Shown piece by piece: positions 39,791 through 51,639 of a DNA stretch of 64,000 nucleotides. The notes under the pieces are model-generated. The model was not told the origin of the DNA. It saw only the letters and a program-made list of their open reading frames with translations, and did no database searches. The stretch spans positions 558,001 through 622,000 of the forward strand of contig CM120649.1 in NCBI GenBank assembly GCA_051362555.1, written 5' to 3'. Origin of the DNA: Lingula anatina. Taxonomy: Eukaryota; Animalia; Brachiopoda. A program made the translations under genes and the position numbers. The first letter of the stretch is position 1. The number at the start of each line of letters is the position of its first letter.

Positions 39791-42400
39791 TCAGACAGTC
39801 TTTCCATCCCAAGTTTTGCCATTAAAGACAAATGCAAGCATCATACCTTAAAACGTTACAAAAAACAATTAACATTTGCATAGTTTAAACATTTAAGTCA
39901 TGCATTTATTTAAGACAAACAGGGGAAGGAGCAAATTAATGATTTAATATGCTCCAATTTGAGATTTTACTTTCTTCTTGATCTCTGCACCTTTTTTTTC
40001 TCTTGTTTATTAGGGCTTTCCACAAAGAGTATTTCAATCTGTTTACTCTTGGTGAACTGTTTCAATATTGTCTTTTGTGTATTTATTAAATAAATAAATA
40101 AATAAGGACTAAAGGAGTCACCTATACAAGAGAACCCTGCCACAATATCGGAGGCGAAGGCATAGCCCGACCACTTGTATAACTGTGCTGACAGTAGCGC
40201 CGCTGTGGCTCCAGTGATGGCCTGGAAAATTACACCAAAAAATTATGTCTGACGTCCTCTTTAATAATATAACAGCATTCTCTTTAATAAATAAATATAA
40301 CTACATTGACAAACAAAATCTTTTAGTGGTCTTCTTGTCTATTGGAAGTTTGAAAGTTAATATCATCAACAACAACTGCGTGATTTCAATTTCCAATATA
40401 TTTAATAAAGTAGGTTGCTTACTACATTACTTGTGTAAATATGGTAAAAAAAGTAAATCATTTCTACAGGAATTTTAACACATTTGTACCTGAGAGACTA
40501 ATTTTGACCCCTCAGCAAGGAGCCCAGATCACATGGCTGACTTGCCAACGTGAGCATGCCTCTCAGCTTTTAAGCTTTTAAAAAACACATTTAGTCTGTT
40601 AATTACTGATTTCCTGGTTCTACCAACCCTACCTGAGAAGTGAATAACATCCCGTAGTTACATGCTGCATACTTCAAGCCATACATGTTAGCAATGACCA
40701 CCGGGTAAAGAACATAATTGCCACTATATACAGCATGGAGGAGACAGTCCCACACAGCAAACAATATGCCACTGTTAAAATATCTGGACAACTCAAATGT
40801 TGACAGCAGAAAGACCATGCAGGCACTTTGGGAGATTAGTGTCAGCTGAAGAGAATAATAAATTATATATTATATAATAAATCATATTTGTTACAGTATA
40901 AATATTCACTTACAGGTACTCACCAGCACTTTAATTAATTAAGCCAAAAGTATATTGAGAAAAGAATTTCCATCAACTGTTTTATGTACTAAATACTGTA
41001 TATAAATGGCTATTTCAATGCTAGCTGTTTAATGAATAAAAATTGCAGCTTTATTTAAGGGCATTGTATTGTATTATTACAGTAGTATCTATTACTTTTA
41101 TAAATTATCACCTTAGCTGAGAAAATACAGAACACTAGTGGCATTCAAGTGTACTTAAATACAACTTTGTCTTGGAAAAAAAAATGAACTGACCAACATG
41201 TGTACAGCAGCTAGGAAAGTAGAAAATTCCAGACACACAACCCTAATTTCCTTGTGACATGTATCTGTTTGAAATAAGTCAAATAGTCTTGATTTCCTAC
41301 CCACCCTAATCCCAATCTTGCTAGCAATGCAACCAAGAACCACTTTTCCTGCAGCAAAGCAAACATGCGACACGGATCCCACTGCAGCTAGAAAGTGGTC
41401 AGACATGTCAAAGTCTGGACTCTGTCCATATATCTGTAGAAAATAAGTTCTTTTACATGTTAGACTTTTATATAACAGAAGAAAATGTGCTTTTTTTTTT
41501 TTTTGGGGGGGGGGGAGGGGCGATGATGTCCACAATTTACCATTAATCATCAAAGTATATGTATATACTGCAATCCAAAAAAACTTTGCGAAATTCATAT
41601 GTTTTAAAACTGTTCTAGATTTTTATTTTGCAGGCCCGAAGCCAGGGGAGGGAGGGGGGTTCAGGGGCTTCAAAAGAACCCCCCTTTTTGCTGGGAAAGG
41701 TTCACTCTGGGTAAATTTGCTCAAAGTAAACTAAAGTTCCATGAAAAAAGGTCCACACCCTTTTGCAATAGCTGGCTACGGGCTTGTAAATTTGATAGCA
41801 AATGAAACTTTGAATATGCCAGTAATAAAAAAACTTGCTTTTGGTCTTACTTTGAAAATACTAGTAATGAAGAAGAGTGCTTGCGTGTTACACATGAACA
41901 TCAGCCATAAGACATAAAACTCCTTTTTTCTGAGAACTTCTAGGGGCTTTGTGTTAGGCTCCTCTAGAGGAATTCTTGAACCATCTCTGTAATATAAAAT
42001 GATTATATATAGAAAGATCAACACCTTTGCTTCATTATCTGTTCAACAGACAAAAATTGAATAAAATTCCAAGTTTTACATAATTTGAATGGAAATGGTC
42101 AGTTTTGATAACTTATTTCACCACAACCATGAGGTATTTAGAGCATTTAAAATAACTATTAAAATATTTCATCAAAAAATAATTCCAACAAGCAGACAGT
42201 ACATAAAAGTTGTCAATCTCTCAAATTGATCTAGACCAGTTAAACGTGCTACTTGGCGTGAAGAGGACCTTACGCTAGAATTCTTCCTGTCCTGTGCCCC
42301 GGCATCAGGCTGTCCTCCATACAACTGGGGCTTCTTTTCTTGTAATTACTATTGCCTGATAATATCACCACAGCTGCCACATCTAAATATTCCTGGAAGA

Positions 42401-42447
<47 letters not shown>

Positions 42448-45400
42448 ACTAGTAGCAGAAAATCACTCAGAGAGCATTGCACCTCTACCAAAGAAGCTTA
42501 ATCCCTGATAAATTAATGAATTAACAGATCCTGATTAAGATCAAACCGATTCTAAGTTAGCCCATTTATAAACTATCCATGTTTTACAAAATCTGTCTAT
42601 AACTGCTTGAGTTAGGGTTTTACCTAGCAAACAAAGGCAAAATCATAACCTCCTTGGCATAAGAAGTAAATATAGGCCCCATTCAGAATAGGGGACTAAC
42701 TAGTCCAAGGGTCAAATATGGCAACCCACTACAAAGCTTGCCATCTAACCCGCTAATAGATACTGAATAGATTTCCAATGGGGAAGTATTCCAGTGGGTC
42801 AGCCATATTTGACACTTGGATTAGTTAGTCCCCTATTCTAAATGTGGCCATAGAAATAAGAAGTTCAGTAATGATGTTAAATGCAGAAAGTTGAGATAAG
42901 AGACCATGCAGTCAAATGGGTCTATTTAAAATCATAATAAAGAACACATTAACTACTATAATAATGATATCAAGCAGTACCTACCTGTATTGCATTGTCT
43001 TCTCTACTGAACAATAGAAAAGTACCAAAAGTCAACAGAATAGCGTAGGTGATGCCAAGACACTGGAAGATACTCGGAACTCTTTCTAACACCTTGTCAT
43101 CCACAAAATATCTGAAACGGAGAGCAATATGTTGATGGTGGTAAAAAAAGATGTTTTTAAGAGAATAAACATGTTTTCTATCTATAGGTATGACATTGCA
43201 ATGCCTCTTCAAATCATCCAATATTCTGGACCTGTATGGGCATGGGTAAAGAAACAGATCTTCCTAATTTACCTGTAAATCAAAACATTTAACATCTATC
43301 TTCACTTGCTTACACTGATATCCAATTGATATCCATTAAGATTATCCATATTTGAACCTACCACTCTGGATATCCAGCAGGATCATTCTTATGTGAACCT
43401 ACCTATCTGGATATGTACCAGGATCATACTTATCTCAACCTACTTGTCTGGATATCCAACAGGATCATCAGAGTCTCTAATAGCCACCGGAGCGATGTTG
43501 TTTGGGTTTGCATACACAGTCAATAAACTTTGGAAGACAGATTTCCCCAAACCAGTGGCGACAATGATAAAAACTATCACGGTGCTCTTCCTGCCTGGAA
43601 ACCACTGAAAAAAAAAAACATTTTAAATTGCAAGAAATTATAAGCATGTACTGGTATATATATCACTTATCCTGAAGAATGATATATTTCAAAATGGCTG
43701 GTCTGTAGAATGAGAACATTTTAGAATACACACTGCCTAAAATATCAATAACTGATTCAGAAATATCTAGAATATCTATGTATAACCACTAGAAGTTAAC
43801 TCTTAAAAACAAAAAACAAAAAACAAGAAAGTAAAACAAGAAAGGTAAACTTAAAATCAAATAATTCCAAGAACACAAAAGTGACCAATTTTGTCTTACA
43901 CACTGGAAGAACAAGAATTTTGCCATGGGTGCATGGAAGGATAAAATAATTGTATCTTTTACTTGCTTTGTAAATCAAATATGAAATAGTAGTAGTAATA
44001 GTAGTGGTGGTGGTATTTTTTTTCTTTTTTTTTTTTTTTTGGGGGGGGGGAGGGGGGGTAAGAACGGGGTACCTCAGACTTTAAGGGAAGGGCAAATGTC
44101 TATTGTGCCCTGTCCCCTGCACCTGATATTTCACACTTACTTTCATAGCACAGACTATAGGAGGCAGATAACAGATACCAATGCCAAACCCATACACATA
44201 TATCATACTTACTTTCATAGCACAGACTATAGGAGGCAGATAACAGATACCAATGCCAAACCCATACACATATATCATACTTTCATAGCACAGACTATAG
44301 GAGGCAGATAACAGATACCAATGCCAAACCCATACACATATATCATACTTACTTTCATAGCACAGACTATAGGAGGCAGATAACAGATACCAATACCAAA
44401 CCCATACACATATATCATACTTACTTTCATAGCACAGACTATAGGAGGCAGATAACAGATACCAATACCAAACCCATACACATATATCATACTTACTTTC
44501 ATAGCACAGACTATAGGAGGCAGATAACAGATACCAATGCCAAACCCATACACCAAACCAAATGACAGCAAAGTGTACAGGTACCCGTGGTCAACATCTT
44601 GGATAGTGAAGTAGGACATGGACACTCCTAGACTGGAAATATATAACTCATGACCTGAAATACTTTAATTAATGCATTAGTACAAGGAACCTATATTTGT
44701 TTTAACAACATTTGTTTTAATTTATTAACTTCTTTTTTCATACAAAAGCAACTGCACCCTAGCTCTTCCTCTGATATTATTACATTTTATTTGCAGATGG
44801 GCACAGTGGCAATTAAGGAATGAAACTGAAATTTTTAAATAAGAAATTTAAAAGAATCAAGAATATTCACATGAACAATTGATATTGGCTATATAAATAA
44901 CCTCAATTCATTCAATGTAGTATGCTAACATGCAAAAAAGATAATAAATAAAGAAATTGTACAGTTTCATTGAATGGGGATTTAAAGAAAAAAAAGATGC
45001 CAGTAAATTTACTCACCATAACAAGAAACCCCCGAGAAAAGTTGTTATTCTTGGTCCAAACCTGTACTCCAGCTTTGCACCTATAAACATGGCGACACCC
45101 ATGCTGACCCACTGGAGGCCATATATCCACGAGGCTTTCTCGTAGGTGAAACAGTCAAAATCATCAAAATCTTCTCCTGATTCAAGGCATATTTTGTTTA
45201 AGCTTCTCATATATGAGGTCATGTAGGTTGTAACATTTCCTAAATAAAGAGAGAAAGAAAAAGAAAGAAGCTGTGAAAAGAAAACTCAAAAACCACAGAA
45301 CTTAATGCAAATTTGAAAACATCACCGAAATTAAAAAAAAATACTGTGATTGCCATTACTGTGCCAATTATTATGTCAGAAAAGTAAAAGTATAACTTAA

Positions 45401-48400
45401 ACAAACTCTCATTATTTTAAAACTTGACTGATTGCTGATTGACAAAATTTACTTTTATCAGTAATATTATCATTTCCAGGATAAAAAAGCCAGTCTATCA
45501 TTACATTAGGCAATGTATAAAGATAACTTTCCGTCCTTTAAAGCAGGTCACAAAATACCATCTTCAGGGGGCCATAGCAATAGTCCGAAGGTTTAATATT
45601 CCGAAGGTTTATTGGTCTGAATGTCCACTATAGAACCTTCGGTTCAAAAACCCTTGATTAAAAAACTGATGAAAATGCTACAATTTTTTGGACCAAAAAA
45701 CCTTTGGACTATCGAGACTCCCCCTCTCTTGATCACTCAGAGTAGAACCTCTGCCAAGGCAGCCCAAGTCTCATAATTAATCAAATCAACTGATAAATTA
45801 ATATATCATTACCAAAATTAAATCAATTCTAGAAAAGCCCATTTCTGAAAGTTTCACTCATCCATTAACTTTTTTTCTGAAATGTTCTATCAAACAAACA
45901 GACAAAACCAAGCCCGCAGAATATAGTTAAAATTTTTGGCCGAGGATGGAATTAAATGTCTCACCAAACAAAAACACTGCACCAACCACCAAGTGCACCA
46001 ACATTCCCCCTATTACTGCCACTATTCCCTTTGACTGGTGGACAACTATCCCATCATCATCCTCCATGTCATATGAACTGTAGGTGGCACTGCTGCCAAG
46101 GGAAAACTCATTTGATTGGATAGAATCTCTCCGCTCATCACAGCGGGGGGTTCTGTTGGAGTTTGTGGGTGTGTCTGATCCCATCTCTCCTACCAGTGAC
46201 ATTTCTCGCTCTTTAATATCGTTTTCTGAACCTGATTGTGAAATAAATTGAATATATCAACAGATCAAATCTATTAAATTACTTTCCCCAATGACTTAAT
46301 TGCAGTGACAGAACCCAGCGGGCACTCAACGTTGATTCAACATTGAGGATAGGTTGAGATGATGTTGAGCCATCAATATTGATAGATCAACAAGATCTCA
46401 ACATTGAATCAACCTTTTCTTGTCAACCAATTGTCAATGTTGATAAATCAGCAGGGTCTCAACATTGATTTAACCTTTCTTTGTCAATCAATTTTCAATG
46501 TTGATAGATCAACAGGATTTCAACATTGAATCAACCTTTTCTTGTCAACCAATTGTCAATGTTGATAGATCAACAGGGTCTCAACATTGATTTTACCTTT
46601 CTTTGTCAATCAGTTTTCAATGTTGATAGATCAACAGGATTTCAACATTGAATCAACCTGTGTTTGTAAACCCTTTGTCAATGTTGACATATCAACTGGA
46701 TCTCAACATTGGGCCAACCTTAACTTTATAACCTTAATCATAACCTTGATAATAGTTTTAAATGATTATCTCACTAGAGAGATATGCATAGGGGTAATTA
46801 CCCCTCATAAAACGCTTGTTTTACCCCTTTTTCATTAAAATTAATTTTGTGAAAAAAGCGGTCGTCAGTTTTTTTAAACTTTCCACAGGTTATCCTTAAG
46901 AAAAAGAAAAAAAACATAGGGTCACCAGCCTTACTTTATGGCATATTGACAAAATTTTACTCAAGGTTGAAGAAAAAGCTTGAAAAAGCCAAAAATGCCT
47001 GTTTTTCTGGAAATTTAAGTTAGCTGTGAGAAAAAAATTAGACTGGTGACCCTTTGTTTTTGTATTCTTAAAATTATCTTAACTACCTGATGTGACGTTA
47101 TAATTATTTTAGTAAAGCTAATTTGTTGTTTAATTTTTATGAGTAATTACCGTATGTGCCTGCATACTTGTATAATGTAAATGAAGTGCGGGACTGTTAT
47201 TAAGTGCGAGACTCCGGATAACATGAACTGATGCAACACGTGAGTGTGGACAGTGTGTAACACTTTTACAGTACAAAAACTGTACTTTATTAACAGTACT
47301 TTGTGAGGCCACACTATCAGGAGGATCGTTCAACAGATAAGGACATGGAAAACGGTGACATTTCGTCTTCAAAACTCCACACTATCAGGAGGAACGTTTA
47401 ACAGAAAAGGACTCGTAAAACTGTGACATTGCGTCTTCAAAACTTAACTGTCTACGAATCTGTCAGAATTGAACTGTATTTGACAAATGTTAAAGTTTAT
47501 GCAACATGATAGTATTACATGTAGTTAGTTTATGTAGTGTATGTTCATTGTTTGTCATATATTATATTCATAGTTAAGTTAGTTGTTGTTTGTGTTTTTT
47601 TTATGTTCGGGCTGTTTTGGTCCGTAACACTGAGCATCAAACTGGAAAGTTTAAAAAGAATCTGACGACCCATAGGTGGATACAGGGGCCGGTCCCGGGG
47701 TCTGGACCCCCCCCTTTCCTTTTCTTCCGAAATTACCTTTTTTTGTAGGTAATTTTCCTAATTTCCCCCCCCTCATTTTTCAGATCTGAGTCTTTTTATT
47801 TCAAGAAATGCTTGATATCTTGGAGAACACCTTCAGCCATCAGGCAAATTTCAATCAAATATCCTGATAGCCTAATTGATATATCAACGTTAATTCAATT
47901 TTCAAATTCAACTTAATTTCAACATTGATTCAACATTGATACCTCAAGGTTGTTTTAACCTTGATGGTTCAAGGTTGATTCAACCTTAATGGTTCAACGT
48001 TGAGTCAACTTTCATAGTCAACGTCATATCAACATAGTTTCAACATTGACCGTCAACGTTGATTCAACATTGATACCTCAAGGTTGATTCAACCTTGATG
48101 GTTCAACGTTGAGTCAACTTTCATAGTCAACGTCATATCAACATAGTTTCAACATTGACCGTCAACGTTGATTCAACATTGATACCTCAAGGTTGATTCA
48201 ACCTTGATGGTTCAACGTTGAGTCAACTTTCATAGTCAACGTCATATCAACATAGTTTCAACGTTGACCGTCAACGTTGATTCAACATTGATACCTCAAG
48301 GTTGATTCAACCTTGATGGTTCAACGTTGAGTCAACTTTCATAGTCAACGTCATATCAACATAGTTTCAACGTTGACCGTCAACGTTGATTCAACATTGA

Positions 48401-49147
48401 TACCTCAAGGTTAATTCAACCTTGATGGTTCAACGTTGAGTCAACTTTCATAGTCAACGTCATATCAACATAGTTTCAACGTTGACCGTCAACGTTGATT
48501 CAACATTGATACCTCAAGGTTGATTCAACCTTGATGGTTCAACGTTGAGTCAACTTTCATAGTCAACGTCATATCAACATAGTTTCAACATTGACCGTCA
48601 ACATTGATTCAACATTGATACCTCAAGGTTGATTCAACCTTGATGGTTCAACGTTGAGTCAACTTTCATAGTCAACGTCATATCAACATAGTTTCAACGT
48701 TGACCGTCAACGTTGATTTAACATTGATATGTCAAGGTTGATTCAACCTTGATGGTTCAACGTTGAGTCAACTTTCATAGTCAACGTCATATCAACATAG
48801 TTTCAACGTTGACCATCAACGTTGATTCAACATTGATTCAATTTTGATTTGCCCGCTGGGAAGATACAGCAATATAATGGGGGATGGGGCAGAAAAGAAA
48901 AGAAAAAATCAAGATAATAACAATTATCATATTCATAAAATAAATAAAATGAAAATATATATATATATAAATATTGTTTACAAAATACATTTTTGCCACT
49001 CCAGTAAAACATTATGACACCATTATCCATTTGATTATGTGGAGTACATGATCTACTGCTGTTTAGAGCAAGAAAGTAGCAGAAAAAGTCCTTACTTGTA
49101 GTACATGTGTAGGCCTCTGACAACTCACTGTCCCAGTCCTCCTCCAT
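39791..49147 (-). CDS. MFS transporter, oxalate:formate antiporter-like (paralog 3); 12 coding exons with acidic N-terminal extension
   Basis: First exon 49096-49147 (MEEDWDSELSEAYTCTT, phase 1) splices in frame to 45965-46231 (SSENDIKEREMSLVG...KGIVAVIGGMLVHLVVG). Then GNVTTYMTSYMR, YGFGIGICYLPP, WFPGRKSTVIV, AAGKVVLG, NYGMLFTSQ, exon 40122-40221 (VAGFSCIG), and last exon 39791-39846 MMLAFVFNGKTWDGKTV*. Confidence 0.9.
42675..42849. mobile_element. Short palindromic MITE (Harbinger-like termini)
   Basis: ggccccattcagaataggggactaactagtccaag...cttggattagttagtcccctattctaaatgtggcc. Confidence 0.8.
44135..44552 (-). repeat. Tandem array (72-bp unit, 6 copies including the native exon end) of an MFS-3 exon 3' end plus donor site
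   Basis: Exon-end copies start at 44141, 44213, 44281, 44353, 44425 and 44497; the unit encodes VSMIYVYGFGIGICYLPPIVCAMK; one unit is 68 bp. Confidence 0.97.
46314..48860. mobile_element. Non-autonomous CMC/EnSpm-type DNA transposon (2547 bp) with subterminal tandem arrays
   Basis: TIRs CCCAGCGGGCA / TGCCCGCTGGG, AA on both flanks. Left array of ~61-bp units (122-bp period), right array of ~8 x 109-bp units, both rich in TCAACGTTGA-type palindromes. No transposase ORF. Confidence 0.9.
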
Positions 49148-50054
49148 GTCAGGAACTGTTGGTGAACAATTCCTTATCAAACCATCCAAAGTGAACAGTT
49201 ACTCATATACATAATATATTTCATAAATCTTAACTTTTCATTCACTTAACCACTGTGACCAATGTCCATTAGAAATGAGATTCAAAACATTCCTCAGTTT
49301 TAATGGTCAACGTGATAAAAAGTTACTACTGAGTTAATAGATACTGATAGCTGACCTGATAAAAGCTTTACATTACTTCAAATAAATCAGCTGTAAAATT
49401 GTCCAGGCATGTTCACACAAGTTGAAGTAAGACTGGATTTTGGGCAAAATGGGGATGAGAAATTTCTTGACTCTCTTAAGAGATTTTTACCAAAAAACAA
49501 TCCAACTGACTAACTTTGAATGTGAGAAAGAATTCATGAACCATTTGTAAGTATGGAAACTCAGTCATTTACCCCAGGAAAATTGGTGTTACGGCACTTT
49601 TACCACCAAAATGAAGAGTTTTTATCCCTTTTACTCACCTTGGCAGTAAAATGGAATATATCTCAACAGTCTTAGTTTCTTCAACCCTTTATATTAATAT
49701 TGCACACAAGCAATGCTTTTTTCTAATGATTGTTTTCTTATTTTCATTTTAACTTTACTACAATTTCTTTCAAGGGCAATATGAAGGCAAGAAAATTTTA
49801 ATTTAAAAATACAGGTGGATACATTTTGGGTCTGATATTAAAACTTTACAGTCGGTTTGACATTTGTTTTGTGGTTTAGGGTACATTCAGCAACATGTTA
49901 TATAAAGGGTGATCAGTATTATACACATGTTACTAATCATGGATTGATAAGTTAGTGAAGATAACAATGTCACAATCAGGAGGGCCATAATGTACGTAGA
50001 CACGTTCACACTGAAACTATATAGGCACAATATAACTGTGTCTGTTCTAGTAAA

Positions 50055-50271
50055 AACCCCTTTACACTGGATGGCGTCCTTTCTGTGTCCTTTGAGCGAC
50101 CATGAAACTGGCATCGCTGTGATCATAGAAAGTGCGCACAAGCATTGATTTGGATGCAGAATGGATGCTCAATGTTCAACCAGTTGTCAGCACGTAAAGT
50201 ATATTTTTTGATTCTCAATCAGAGCCGTACTACAGGATGCAGAAAGGACACCATCCATTGTAAAGAGGGCT
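50055..50271. mobile_element. MITE with imperfect TIRs
   Basis: cccctttacactggatggcgtcctttctg / cagaaaggacaccatccattgtaaagaggg. Confidence 0.7.
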
Positions 50272-51639
50272 TAAAGAAGACTGTATAACAGCAATTTTAG
50301 GATACTTATGAAATCAATCCGATTGGTTCTATAATGAGTCTGTTTGGTCAAATATCCAATGCTGGTGATGGTTATAATAAATGACTGATATACCTAGTGA
50401 AACGTCTTAAATCAGGGACAGTTTAAGCCCAAAGGCACACTTTCAGTCAAGTTGAGAGGCACTCAATTTGGTATATCCCACCTACAGCTTGTTGGACAAC
50501 AATGGGAATCATCCAAAGCCCCCCACACACACACACACACACACACCACCACCAGCACCCTCCCCCAACCACCAAAGTCTGTCAGTCTAACATTTAAACC
50601 AAGATTCCACAGTATTTAGAAAAGAGCAGGACCAAAAATAATGGCAGAATATTTCAGTTTTTTTGGATGATGTTCATTTGGCTAGCTTACCACACTGAGA
50701 AAGTTGAGGCAAATTTCCAATTAAATTAATCCAGCCTAATTCAGCACCTATAATCTTATCAGTCTTTCTGATAACATCATATACCAAAGCATTAACAAAA
50801 ACGGCGTAACAAAAATTAAAACTTAATAACATGTTGCTTTATTGATTCATTTCATAAGAACAAAAAAGTCTGTTGTCTGCAAAAGTCAGTAATGCTCTGA
50901 CGACCAACACAATGACGCATCAACAGAGTCTGCTGCTTACAAAACAACCTGTTGTGTATCAAAATAGAGGCAAGTTCAGATCCTGATAGATGTCCAGTTT
51001 TCCCATTGGTCAATTGTATAAAGGTGACCTGAACCTTAGTAAAGTTTCCTTCATTTTGAATTCTGTTAAACACTCCAAAGATGTTCTTCCCTTTTATAAC
51101 ATTTCATGTCCACATTTGTTAGTACGTTGGTCAGGAGTGCCGGTGAAAACTTTAACACCACACTACCAGCATCTGTTAGCATCAAACCAAATTTAAAAAA
51201 GAATACAATGTATAACAGCCTGTTGAAAGTTCTGTCTATTAACCGGACTGTAGAAGCAGTAAAAAAGTTTCAACATTTTTATATCAGTACTATTATCTAG
51301 TTTACAAATAACCATATTATTAACAATGAAACATGTTTTTCTTTATCTTTCAATGCGATAATGTTCAGAAATCCCAGACTGACTATTGTGTTACATTGCA
51401 ACATAGTCAAACTGCAGCATAAAATATCTGATTTTTGCCAGAATCAACACAATAAAAACAACCATCAGAGATGAACATATGGGCACAATGTTAACCATAA
51501 ACTGAACCACTATGACGCCCGATGTTCCTTGGGAAGAATGTTAATACCTGCTTGGAAACCCTCTATATCTTCAGAGATCAAATGCACCTTGTTGATGTTG
51601 TTTTCATGTCCATCATTTGTCAATCCAAACTTTTTCTTT

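Noticed and set aside
47940-48830. Regular palindromic repeat array resembling CRISPR
   Set aside because: No unique spacers, eukaryotic context, and it lies within transposon TIRs.
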